Source of the DNA: Geosiphon pyriformis uo1
Taxonomy: Eukaryota; Fungi; Glomeromycota
Length of the DNA: 64,000 nucleotides
Assembly: GCA_016748015.1 (NCBI GenBank)
Contig: JAAOMT010000003.1
Coordinates: forward strand, 1,058,373 to 1,122,372
Direction: 5' to 3'
Positions within the stretch are counted from its first letter, which is position 1, and every line of letters starts with the position of its first letter. Of this stretch, positions 40,501 to 53,910 are shown in pieces. Below the pieces are notes generated by a model. It was not told the origin of the DNA. It ran no database searches and worked only from the letters and a program-made list of their open reading frames with translations. The translations under genes and the position numbers were made by a program.

Positions 40501-43500
40501 GTCACAGAAGATAGCAGCCTCACAGCTATTTTTCTTTTTGAATTAGAGGAAAAAGAGGCTATGTTTAGTGGAGCAGCATTGAACAAGGAATGTCCAATCA
40601 CTACTATGTACACGGAAGCAAAAATAAACAACATGCCAATTAAATTCATCTTAGACAGTGGATCTGCTGGAAGTATTGTGACACTTCAACTAGTAAATTA
40701 ACTGGGTTTTAAAGTTGATTGCACCACAATGTCCCAAATTATAACAGCTGATAGAAGTACCAAGCTGTCTTATAGCGAAATTGACTCACTCCCTTTTGAA
40801 ATTAATGGCATAATAATACCTACAAAAGTATTAGTAATAGACGTTACACAATATTAAGTATTAGTAGGGAATGACTGGTTAACAAAAGCCAATGCCATAT
40901 TAGACTGGACCATTTAAGAGCTTCTTATTAATTATAATAGCCACCATGCCAGAATTCCAGCCACATGTGGCCACTTCCAAAAACCCAGCACCAATCAAAG
41001 ACCCATCTTCGAATTCAAGAAAAATTCAGCCCTATCAGCCATCAAAACTTATCAGCTCTTGTGGGCTGATAACCAAAGAACAGGACTACCAGCCATACCA
41101 ACTTGGAGGAGTGAAAGAAAATCTGAATAGAACCAGATAAGTCCATGAAGAAACCACCAGCAATGCAGACCAAAACTAGAATGTTTGGTTTGCAATAAGA
41201 AACTCTTGTCCATGACTGTGTGCAGCACACCAGACAAAGACCCAAGAAATTCCACCCATTACTATTGTAACCATTGTAACAAAGAAAAATATGATTATCC
41301 AGAAAGACACAGAAAATGGAACAAAGAACTGTGTCTTACTTGTGGAAAACCATTGCCAAAAGAGTGCAATTGGATCAACATGCCAAGCAGAGAAGGAATG
41401 TGTAATGCAACTTGCCAATACATGATCCTTATCTGTGACTGGGTAAAAGGAAGAACACCATTTGAAGCTGCATTCAACAGAGCATTAAGAAGACTGCAGC
41501 ACTACCCACATGACAAGGATGAGTTATACAACACCATACAGACCAAAGTAAGAAGAGAAACCACTGAAGAAATATGATATTGGAAAATGTCAGCCAAAAT
41601 AGCTGACAAAGTTACCAACTACAACATGTTTGACCCAGTAGATGAATTCCAGGAAAATTACTAACAGCTATGTTCCACTCGCCAAGAACAAGAACAGTAT
41701 CTCGTCCAGATTAACACTTATCTTTGCAAAGACTGTCTTATTCCATGCCAAAGTCAATGTTATAAAGAGTGTTAATATGAAAGGGACTTAGAAAGAAAAA
41801 TGGAAATTGAGAATCAGCAGTACCAAAATCAATTAATAAATCAACAAAACTTACCTGATGGTCCTGAGTCAAAAAATATTTTAGCCTATACTAATCTAGA
41901 TTAGGAAATTAGCATCCAGTACTATGACAATGGGCACTTAGGAATAGTACCTGAAAGAGCCCATCCAACTAATGCCAGATTTGATCTACAGTATCTGAAA
42001 GACCAATCCACAACATTGCCACCCAAGAATATTACTAAAATTAACCTAAAAATAATGGTTAAAATTCCACCAGGAATAATGGTTCAAATAGCGTTACAAT
42101 CAAGCTTCACAAAAAAAGGAATAAGCATTCAAGGAGGAGTAATTAACTCTGGATACACTGGAAATTTGATGGTTTTGCTACAGAACAATTCAGAAAAACC
42201 TTATACCATTGAATCTAAGGAAAAGATTGCACAAGCAATTTTTCTATCATTGGTAAAAATTGGAAAATTTGTGTTAGTAGAAAATCATAAGGAATTGATA
42301 CAAACAACAAGAAGAATTTTTGGTTTCAGATTGACAGGAAAAGGAATTGAAACAAATTTCACTGAAACAATAGAAGAAAAAGGCAAATTAATTAAAACCA
42401 AGTGGTTAATTATACTCATGTTTTACAGAAAATCAGAAATTAAAATAAAAAAGACAATAAAAGATATAAATCTAATATTTGAGCCCCACTCAGAAACTTG
42501 CCAACAGTTTTTTATAGGACTTACTAACTTTTTTATTCCAGCTGACAAAACACAATAGATAAAAATTCTTATTATGAATACCACAGAAGAGCTCATATAC
42601 ATTTCAGAAAACACTATCATGAGATACCTTGGAACAGAGCTAGAAAACGTGTCAACACCACAAGAAATTCTAAATTTCCCAAAAATCGCCCTTTACTGTG
42701 AACTCACTTCAATAAATTGGCAACAACCATTGGAATGCTATCAATTTATGCCAGAAAAATTGGCCAAATTAAACATTGGAACAATGGATCTGGACCAACA
42801 GCAACAATTAAAAGCATTAATTTTAAAATACTCTGATATATTTTCACGAAATGGCAAATTTGGAAGAACCAACTTGGTTCAACACCAAATTCCCACTGAA
42901 GACACTAGACCTGAAAAACAATGTGTTTACTGTGTTCCACCAATAGAGCATAATTTTATCAGAGAAGAAGTCTAAAGCATGTTGGAAAAAGAAATAATTC
43001 AACCATCAATAAGCTCATGGTCCTCACCAGTTGTTTTAGTAAGGAAAAAGAATAGAAAAATTAAATTTTGCATCAACTATCACAAACTAAACAGCAAAAC
43101 AACCAAAAACTCATATCCAATACTGTTAATTGACAAAATTTTCAACGTTTTTAGAGGAGCAAAATGGTTTTCTACACTTGACTTAACCAGTAGATACTGG
43201 CAAGTGGAAATGGACCCAAAAGACAAGCATAAAACAGCATTCACAACACAAAATAGCAATTATGAGTTCAATGTAATGCCATTTGGATTGACAAATGCTC
43301 CTGTGACATTCCAAAGACTAATAGATGTAATTTACTCTGAAATTCTGTGGCAATCCATTGTTGTTTACTTGGATGATACAAATGTTTTCTCACCAAAATT
43401 TGCAGATCATTTCCAACATTTACAACAAGTTTTTGAGAGATTGAGACATGCTGGACTTAAATTAAATTTAAAAAAATGTTTCTTTGGGAAAAATGAGCTA

Positions 43501-46500
43501 GCATTTCTAGGACACATAGTTGGAAAAAATGGAATAAAACCAGATTCATCAAAAATAGACAAAGTGAAAAATTTTCTAGTACCTCGAAACATTTTAGAAG
43601 TTAGAAGCTTTTTAGGACTTGTATCTTACTACTGTCACTTTGTAGAAAACTTTTCAAACATTGCCAAACCTCTTAATTATCTACTATTCAAAAATGTGAA
43701 ATTTGAATAGACCAAAACACAGCAAAAAGCTTTTGAGTACCTTAGACAAAAGCTCATTGAATCACCAATAATAATCTATCTGAATTTCAACAAAAAATTC
43801 ATTTTGGCCACAGATGCTTCTGGAACTGGACTTGGAGGCATTCTGTCACAAAAAGATAATAATAAAAGAGAACGTGTAATTACTTATGCCAGCAGAAGTC
43901 TCAGTATGGCAGAGCAAAACTACGCAGCACACAAACTTAAATGCTTAGCAGTAGTCTGGAGTTGTGTTCACTTTGACACATATTTATGGTACAAACTCTT
44001 TGATATTACCATAGATCATAAAGGTCTGGTCTGGTTAAATAACAAGAAAGTGCTGAAAAAAAAATATGCCAGATGGTCACAAATATTAGCACCATACAAT
44101 TATATTATCAAATACAAAGAAGATACCAAAAATGCCAATGCTGACTGCTTGTCATGAATGAAACACACATAAAAACCATTAAACAACAACCAATTCATAA
44201 ACAATAGACAATTATCTTTACAAAAATTTTAGCCAATACTTAAGAACACTATAGCTAAATAAAAACACACTGATAAAAAAACTAATTAAGTTCCAGAAAT
44301 TATCAAAACATTATTTTACTCAAAACCACATACTTTATTACCAGAATCAACAAAATCCAGATAATCTATTGAGAGTTATAACCGAAAATGAAAAAGAAAC
44401 TATCTTATTTAATATGCACTCAAATATCTATTCAGGCCACTTTGGAAAAGAAACAACTATTTAATGTACAATTAGTCATTATTATTGGCCAAAAATGCAC
44501 TTAGATATTATTCAATACATAAGAAATTATGACCCATGCCAACGAAAAAGAGAAACAAAAACAACAGAACCACTAAGACCCATAAAAGTTGAACAACTAT
44601 TTGATAGAATTGGAATTGATTTAGTTGGATTATTACTAATAACAGCAAGAAACAATCATTATATTGCAGTAGCAGTAGATTACCTCACTAAATAGCCAGA
44701 AGCCAGAGCCATTCAAACAACTGATGTTATATCTGTAACCCATTTTGTGCATGAAGATTTAATTTGCCACCATAGATGTTCACAAGAATTGTTGTCAGAC
44801 CAAAGGACACATTTTGTAAACAGTACACTAAATGAGCTCAGCCAAAGATTTGGAATTAAACGACCATTATTATCACCATACTATCCCCAAACAAATAGAT
44901 TAGTTGAATAGTTTAACCATACACTATGTGAAGCATTAGCCAAAATCAGCAATGAATATGAAAAAGAATAGAATTTGTTCATACCAGCAGTTTTATTAGC
45001 ATATAGGACATTAAAACAAAATACTATACAATTCATACTATTTGAATTAGTTTATGAAAGAAAAGCCATATTACCAATTGAACTTACTATTCCAATTTAT
45101 CCAAATGAAATTATTACAGAAACAACATTCTATGAAACAATACTTAGAAGAACATATAAGTTAATAGAAATTTTGAAAAACAAAAGAAGAAAAGCAGCTC
45201 AAAATATTGAATAGTTACAAGCACAACAAAAAATAAGACATGATAACCAGTTACCAGATAATATAATTAGCTATAAAATAGGAGACAAAGTATTGTTGCA
45301 TTGTACCAAAGCAAAAAAGCAATGGTGTAAAAAGTTTGACCACAAGTGAGATGAACCATTCTATATTTATGAAATACTTAGCAATAGAGCATACAAGTTA
45401 AGACTAGATGAGAAAATTTTAAGAAAAGCAGCACATGGCAACTGGCTGAAATTATATTACAACAAATCAGTAATAACAACACAAACACTTAGAATTGAAA
45501 CACAAATACCACTAGTATTACCAGATCAGATTCTGCGAAATTTAAAACCAGTAGTTTTAATTAAACATTATATAAAAAGATAATTAATCTTAAATTACAC
45601 CAAAAAACAGTTAACAAAGCATAAAAATGCATGCAAAAGAGCCCAAAAAGCAGTCAGGAATTAAAACAATGACATATATTCTAGAAAACATTAGTAAGTT
45701 AATCCAACAACTATGTCAAAGCTTACAACAATCAAATTCAGATTTGGAAATTACAATCAATAGTTCTAAGATATCATATAAAAGAAAAATGATACCAAAT
45801 TCTATAATAAATAAGAAACCTAGTTTTGCATTATATACTACTATTGCCAAAAACAGTAATAGCTTTATTGACAAAACCATTAAAAATTTAGGAATAGCAT
45901 TGGATAATACATTGATAACAGAAAAAATGAACATAGTAGAATTAACACCAAGTATATTTGAATGGCTGAAGGAAAAATTCCTTATTAATTATTGTTATTA
46001 CCAATTGGGAAAACAATTAAACATATAAACATTATACTCAAAAGATTCAGTCAAAGTATTTAGCAAAACAATGATACAACAATTGGAAAGTTTTATTGAA
46101 AAACCAATAATATACTTCATATAAAAGCTATTTACAGAATTTTTAAGGCTTTCAAAAACTGTCACAAAGTACTATTGGATTCAACTATAAATCTTATAAC
46201 AATTAATAGCATTGGATGATTAACCAATTTACAATTTCAAAATTTACAACAACAAATTAATAATACAGTATTAGATTATTATAGTAATATAGAAATCAAT
46301 AAAGAAATTAACTTCAATTTCGATGGAGCTCAATCTTGAAAGGAGGGGATAATGTTACAGTTCAAGAATTTAATAGGAATTATAAATAATATAAATTAGC
46401 CAATCATGAAATAACACAGCAACAATTTATAAAAAGAAATGATTTACAAATAACAGCAAGCACTATTTTACAATAGCATTAAGCACTATTATACAATAGC

Positions 46501-47165
46501 AGCAAGCATTATTTTACAATAGTAGCAAGCACTATTTAGAAATAACGGAAATAGAGTATTATAAGATGTTATTTTGTAAAACAATAATTATATATATATA
46601 CAATAGTTTTTAATGATGAAAAAAGACAAGCTTCAACAAAAAACAACAAATATCTAAATAAAATCTTATTTAAAAAGAATTAATAAAAAGAATTAAATGA
46701 ACATCACAATTGCAAAATTAACAATAAAATTCACATACTCTCTCTAGCAAATAAAACTATCATTCTATTTTTAAACCTTTTGGAAGAATAATCTCTGATC
46801 AAGATTATTCACGTGGTTACTAATTAAATTAAAAGAAGCTTTATTATATACTTAGAGAAATCGCAAAAAGGCCATTAATATTCTGTGTTTCTAGATTAGA
46901 GAAATACATCAGGCAATTGCAAGAATAGTCTCAGAGAAGACTCCAAAACAGCGGGTAGATTTCAGATTAGCCTCTGAGAAGGAGTAAAAAACATACAAAG
47001 ACAACTAGAATTAAAAAAAAGACTTATATCACAACATCAAGAGAAAACTTTTAGTACATTATCATTAATATCCAACACATAAAATAGAAAAACTTATGAG
47101 AAACTGATTGCAATTAAAATGAGAGATCAACAATTAAAATATACTAAGAAAACCATCCCGTAACA
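37572..47165 (+). mobile_element. Full-length, inactivated Ty3/Gypsy LTR retrotransposon with dUTPase
   Basis: LTRs 37572-38386 and 46353-47165 (TGTTAC..GTAACA); TSD ATGG on both sides; PBS-like TTTGGTGAACTC at 38387; PPT GAAAGGAGGGGA at about 46338. Domain order: gag (CHFCKCIGHLIGQC), PR (ILDSGS), dUTPase, RT (YLDD), RNase H (ATDASG), integrase (GIDLVG, LSDQRTHF). Confidence 0.96.
41940..42345 (+). pseudogene. dUTPase domain within Gypsy pol (decayed)
   Basis: PERAHPTNARFDL (motif 1), QIALQSSF (motif 2), GGVINSGYTG (motif 3), KIAQAIF (motif 4), RRIFGFRLTG (motif 5, from RGxxGFGSTG). Confidence 0.85.
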
Positions 47166-48088
47166 ATGGTTTTAGTAGCCTCCTGGAATCACAATTCTAT
47201 CAAATTTCTTTCTCAGTGTAGTGATTAGTAATCTGACAGAAATGTCTTTCTGGTAAGCTATCCTTAAATTCTTAATACTATACTCTTCTTTTGGGGTTTT
47301 TTACCAGGCTATCTTTGATGTCAATAATTCAGTGCTTTAATTCTCAATTAATTAGTAAACACAACAAAATAAAAAAATAAAAAAAAATAAAAAAAAAATA
47401 AAAAAAATCAGCCAAGGTGATTTGTAAATTAGTATTTCATTAATAGCCATGATCAAAAGCTATTGTTCTAATATAGTTAAGTATCAGTTACTATTAACAT
47501 GAAGTGTTAATAGTAAAGAGTGAGATAGTGAATAATTATTTATTGATATTTGTGGTGTGAAAAGTTGCTTAGATTAAATCTAAACTAAGAGATCTGTCTT
47601 TTTTGCTTCTAATACTACTACTATATATACATAATTAAGATTCCTTAATTCCTCAATTTTTCACACCAGAAATCTTGCAATTTCTGGAATCCTGCAATTC
47701 CTTTAAAAGAAATCCTGGAATTTTGGAATTCTGCAATTCTTTGTATAAGAATCCTGAAATTCCTGAAATCTTGTGATTTCTTTTGAGAGGAATTCTAGAA
47801 TTCTATATCTACTATGGCTACTTCTGATTGGCTAATTTATGCTAATATACTTCCTATATTTTATAAGTAACAATGACTTCATGATTGAATTTTACAGGAT
47901 TATATTTCATTACAAAAAATAAAACATATTATTGATCAAAACAATTTTGTTTTAAAAAACAAAAATAGTAACATGGAATGTATGCATGTACAAATTATTA
48001 CTTAAAATGTCTTAACAATAGTTGATTGAATCATAATAAGAATTATGTGCTGCAAAAGTTATCTCACTATTACTTTTTGGGGGTACTG

Positions 48089-48270
48089 TAATTGTATAAA
48101 TAATTAAGTCGAAATTTCAAATTGTTCCAAGTTTTAAATTATTATTGTATAAGTAATTAAGTTGGAGTTTTGAATTGTTCCAAGTTTTAAATTATTATCA
48201 ATCAAATTAGAGTTTTAAATTGTTCCAAGTTTTAAATTATTATTAATTGTGTAAATAATTAAGTCGAATT
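48089..48270. repeat. 57-bp-family tandem repeat (right part)
   Basis: Same unit as 36080-36316; removing the Tc1 at its TA restores a continuous unit. Confidence 0.85.
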
Positions 48271-51016
48271 TTTGAATCAGTTTTATTTAATTAGAGTCCT
48301 AATTATACTTTTTTTTTGTCTTTTAATTCCATTATATCTAATAGCAAAAAGCATACTATCTTTTCAGCTTGTATTTTACAAAGTTGTAAAAATACTACAC
48401 TTTATAATAAGCTTATGGTGTTTGATTAGTATTATGTAAATAATAAAAACCAATCAAAAACTGCAAGACACTTTAAAAAAAATGGTTTTTCATACATAAA
48501 ATAGCTTTTAATTTTGGCTTGAATCAAAGATAAACCAAATCTTTATGTATAAATAAATATAATATGCAATTTAACTAGCAAATATATATATATAGTATGT
48601 AATCCTAACTTTAATAAAACACTTGTTATTTTTGTTTAAAAGACAGAATTGTGTGAAATAATACTTATTGAAAATGTAATTTGAACTGCTATGATGCAAA
48701 CCATTTATAATTATCAAAAATGTAGATCAGTCTGAAATTTTAAATGATAATCTTTATGTGTTTTTATTTATATAATTAAATTTTATTGGTTAATATACAT
48801 GTGTTTTTAATATATTATTTATAATAAAAAATAAAATTTTATTAAATTTTATATAATATAAAACCAAATACAATATTACAAAGTTTGAATATTATTTAAT
48901 TTGTCTAGTTTTTCTATAAGATTTATACTTTTTTATAGCATATTCTACTAATTTTCTATTAAGACCTTTTCTATAATGATTTATATAATACCAACATTTT
49001 CTTGAAAATTATCTAATAATTATTAAAAATACTGATTTAAGACTTTTAAGCACTGTTTTTTGTAATCTTTTTCATGAATAATTGCATTTATTATGTACAT
49101 ATTTTTTAGCAGCTTTCTAATATTTTTCAATAAAATTTAATTTGCAATGAAATTTTGGAAAAAAAATGCACTTATGTCTCATACTTTTGATTAATTCTTT
49201 AATTGTATTTTTTTGAGCAAGAAAATCAAATTTCAAAGATATTACTTAACATATACAACAAAAAACTCTTGAAAAATCTTTGATTTTTTCTTTGCATTTT
49301 TGGCATTCTAATACTAATTCTTTTAATGGCTATTTTTCTCATTCTATTAATACTTGTTTAATTTTTTTAGACAATTCTCAAAGTTTTTCATCTGAATATG
49401 TTTCTGAGAAGATCATTGATTGTAATTGATTATCTAATCCAAAAGAAGTATCTTACATTAATGATTGCTTTTTACCTGAACTTAAATTCATTTTGCTTGC
49501 AATTAAAGCATCTTTACTAAATACTGTATAATTAGAGCTATTATTAAAAGCAAATACAGCTGTACAGTCTGAATATAATTTTTCAAAAATTGGAATTGCT
49601 TTACATTTAATTTGTTTAAGAAAATAGTCTGCTGTCCAATAACTATCTTGATTTATATCAGATTGCAAATAGCATCATGTCTCTTCTGGTATATTAAAAT
49701 TGTTTTCTATATTATTTTGTTGTAAACATAAATGTTTATTAATTTTAGTTAGAAATTCACTAATCATAATTGATCTTCTATTTCCTTTTTTTCTTAGTGG
49801 CAAATTTTTATGTTCAGCTCATATATCATGCTTGCCATTATTTAAATAAAAAATGCATTTATCATGGACTACAAGAACTCTTTTTTTCTCTCTATTAAGT
49901 AAGTTGAGATGTATTTGATCTATAAATTTACCTTCATACTTTGACATATATTTTTCATGCTCAAATATTTTTTCTAAAAATTCTTTTCGAGATTACAAAA
50001 CATTATTTTTTTTATGTTCATTATAATATAAGTCTTGATGATGTTGTTGAAATAAATAACCAAGAATTTTAAGCTATCTTACTGCAGTTATAAAACTAAT
50101 AGTTTTTTCTTTTATTATTCCAATATTAGGAAACAATTTATGCTTAATAAATTTTTTAAATATGGCTGAAGTGGCATTGAAGTTTTGGTTTCTAATCTAA
50201 ATATGACATCTTTCTACAATGTTTTTATCATCAATTATTCTAATTGTTTTTTGATGTTTTTCATGTTTTAATGTTAGAAGCTTATTATTAAGCAACCAAT
50301 ACTTTGCAAAATATCAAATTCTTCATGTTTTTTATATACTACCATTAATAAAAATTTTTTGGGCAATTTTCAAACTGGCATTAATTTTTCTATGTCTATT
50401 ATTATCATTTAACAAGATAAGATATTCAAAAATAGTTTTTTTTTGATTATATTCAAAGATAGTTAACTAAGCATATTGTTTTTCTAAATGTTCTTTTAAC
50501 TCTTGCTCTTTTTTTATTTAATTAGCATACAGATCAACCTTACTTTCTGAATTGCTTAAAGATTTATTAAATTCAGATCATTGTAAGTCTGTAGTTTGAG
50601 CATTACTAATATTAAAAAAAGTGGTAATTTTTTTAATTCCAGCTGCTGCTTTGGTAAATAAACTATTTGGTCCATATTTATTGTAATAAGTTAACTTTGA
50701 TATTTTTTTTGTTATGTAAGGGTCTCATTTTTTTTTATAGATGATTGTTGTTTTTCTATACCAAACTAAGTTTTTTTAATTTTGTATTTATTCTAATTGC
50801 AGTTTTTATATCTTCTATATTATCCCATCTACTGTTATCATTATTGCCCCACTCTTTATCACTAACATCTAGTTTGTTAAATTTATTTACTTCAATATCA
50901 TAATCATTTATTAATGTAATATGATGTGTTTTTTTATATGATCTTTTTGTATTTTTAACTTGATCTTTAGCTTTTCTTTTTTTTTTAGAATAAAGTGGCA
51001 TTTTTTTATGTAATGT

Positions 51017-51864
51017 TGTTACTCATAAAATATAGAAAGTATATTAATATATAAATTAGCCAATCAGAAGTAGACATAATAAATGTGAAAATCTAAAATT
51101 TCTCTCAGAGGAATTGCAGAATTCCAAGAATTTCAGAATTTTTATATGAGAAATTGCAGGATTTCAGAATTCCAGAATTTCTCTCAAAGGAATTTCAGAA
51201 TTTTAGGAATTCCAGGATTCCTGGTGTAAAGAATTAAGGAATTGAGGAATCTTGATTATGTATATAGCAGTAGTATTAGAAATAAAAAAAACAGATCTCT
51301 TAGTTTTAAATTTGATTTAAGACACTTTTTTATTCACAAATATCAATAAATAATTATTCTCTATTTCAATTCATTCTCTATTATCAATATTTTATGTTGA
51401 TAATAACTGATACTTAACCACTCTGAAACAATAGCTCTTGATCATGGCTATTGACAGGATACTAATATTTTTTGCCTTGGCTTATTTTTTTATATTTTCT
51501 TTATTTTATTTCTTTTTTTTGTTATTTCTTGTTGTTACTAATTGATTAAGAATTAAGTGCTAAGTTATTGATGTCATGGATAGCCTGATAAAAGACCCAA
51601 AAATAAGAGTAACATTATACATATATTAATAAATAGCTTACTAGAAAGGCACAATTACCAGAATAAAACCAGTCACCAAGCTGAGAAAAAAATTGGATAG
51701 AATTATAATTCTGGAAAGTTACCAAATAATTACAACTGAATCTTTGTCTATTATACAAAAAACTCTACTACAAAACCTTTAGATAATACTAACCAGTTTA
51801 TTAATTAAGCACCAAATTATGGATTTGTTGTTTGATTCAAGACTCCAAATAATCACCTGTAACA
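51017..51864. mobile_element. Solo LTR (family B)
   Basis: TGTTAC..GTAACA termini; TSD ATGT at 51013-51016 and 51865-51868; internal GGAATTYCAG sub-repeats. Confidence 0.9.
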
Positions 51865-51945
51865 ATGTGATGTTAATTTAGTGTGTAATTGATGCTTGGA
51901 CAGAATTAATGTAATGTTTTACAACAAAATTGTATCACAATAGAA

Positions 51946-53910
51946 ATGGCATTTTTAACTCAAGTATATATCTATTCTTTAAATCTCTTTGGTTCCAATT
52001 TAAATTTTAATTTCTGTTTTGTAGTTCTGAATAAAAAACAATCAAAAAAAACTTCTTTGGTATTCATCAAAAAAAAATTTTTATTGGGATTGGGAAGATT
52101 TTTTGAGCCAAAAATTCAGGTGATATTAATAAAAATAATTACCACAAAAATCTCTTCGACTTATAACAAGAAATTTGGACAAAAAAGTCTAATATTAACA
52201 ATTAAACAACTAACTTAAAAGAAACTTGATTTTCAAATTAAAGTTGATTTCTCAGAGCTGATAAAAAATTTATTGCAAATAATTGTTAATTAAAAAAATA
52301 ATAGATAAGAATATTTGAAATAGATTTCAATTTTAATATTACAGCCTAATTATGACCTCTTATTTTCATATTCAGTAATTGACAATATGTTGAATTATTT
52401 ATGGATTTATCATTCAAAGAAGAATATTCAGAATATTATAATGTGATCAAAAAGCCAAGATCCTTAAACATAATCAAGATTGGTATTATGCATTTTTTTC
52501 CTATTGGTTACTTAATACTTAACATATGTTTTCTATATCACATTAGTAAAAAATTCAAAAAAAATATCATCTATTTATGAATTCGATTAGGACTTGTAAT
52601 TGATTTCAAAAATGTCATGTATTTTAATAATAATTCACATATTTTTAAAGATGCCAAATTCTTACAAGTGAGAAGTTTATTAGGTCTTTACAAAAAAATC
52701 TGAGTTTTATCTACTTAAACTAATATGTTTTATATATTTTTTGCATCAAAATAAACTCATTAGAAAATATACAACACTAACAAAAAAGAGCTATTTAAGA
52801 TTATAGGCTTTAAGACAACTTCAGTTTTCTTAATTAAGATAAAGCCAAAGATCTTTCAATTCCAACCTGATTCCCTTAAATTAACACCAACTGATATAAG
52901 TTTTTTGATTACTGTAATAAGTTATTATATATCACATTCTAATAAGTTGTTGAAATATTCAACAATTGAAATTCTTTTTACAGTCTAAAAAGCCAATTCT
53001 AAAACTAGATCATAATTCAGTTGAATACACAATAGATATTTTAGTTATTATATTTTTCTTTGGTATAATTTATCATTCAAATATTAAATTTAACCAGAAA
53101 TCTTTATTACAGGAGATTTTGTATATTTCTTAGATCCAAGCAATTCTTTGAAATACAATATTATAGTTATTAAAAAGTTATTTGTGAATTCAAAATAAGT
53201 ATCCATATTATAATAAAAATAATACTAGTCAAAATTTTCAAAGTTGCTTACTGTTTTTTACCTCTCATAGATTGCAAAAACAATTTGTAAGGGTTTTTTT
53301 TTTAGATCTAATCAAGTTAATTTTTTAATCATAAATACTATTTTTATGCTTTATATTTTTAAGCTTTTAATTATTTTTCTCATTAGATGAAACACAATCT
53401 ATTTCTAAAATTTTACAAAAAAAAAGTGTTTAAAACATTAGTCATTAAAGAACATATGTTGCATATATAATGCTGCAAAAAAAGATAAGTCATCTATAAT
53501 TTACCACAAAGTCCATTTATTAAAAAATTAATTGCATTAATTTTTTCATAAATTTTGAGCTGCACTTTTGCTTTAAGATATAGAAGTTGAGGTAAGTAAT
53601 TGATTTTTTGCAATGTTTCTTAATACTAAACATTTTGCCTATAGTATTACTCTTAAGCTAACAGCTAATTACATCACAGTCATTTCAATTTTTGTCTCAA
53701 ATCTGCTGTTCTTAGCACCAAAGCCAATTGTTCTCAATGTTTATCAAAAAAGATACAAGATTATAAATAGAGCATGAATAACATTTCCAAATTCTTTGAC
53801 AATCACTCATAGTACTTTTATGATTTCTTTGACACCTGATGTAAACAATATTGATATTTGGGTTTCTGTCCCAATAATGACAACCAAATATGGTAGTGGT
53901 ATAAATAAAA
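51946..53910 (+). pseudogene. Decayed multi-exon gene of unknown function inside the DNA transposon
   Basis: Several short intron-like segments, e.g. GAG|GTAAGT..CTAAAC..CCTATAG at about 53591-53644 and GTAAGG..CATTAG at about 53287-53386. The last exon reads CLKSAVLSTKANCSQCLSKKIQDYK*SMNNISKFFDNHS*YFYDFFDT*CKQY*YLGFCP, with stops explainable by transitions. Confidence 0.5.

Larger units (their letters stand above)
37424..47872. mobile_element. Solo LTR (family B) split by the Gypsy insertion (parts 37424-37571 and 47166-47872)
   Basis: TGTTAC..GTAACA termini; 4-bp TSD ACGA/ATGA; once rejoined it is the reverse complement of 51017-51864. Confidence 0.85.
36317..48088 (-). mobile_element. Decayed Tc1/mariner DNA transposon interrupted by nested LTR elements
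   Basis: TIRs CAGTCTTCCCAAAAAGTAATGGCAAG (36317) and reverse-complement CAGTACCCCCAAAAAGTAATAGTGAG (48088), with TA flanks. Minus-strand transposase relic at about 36500-37420 (FQHDNNSKH, YSPDLNSIGNI). Confidence 0.85.
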
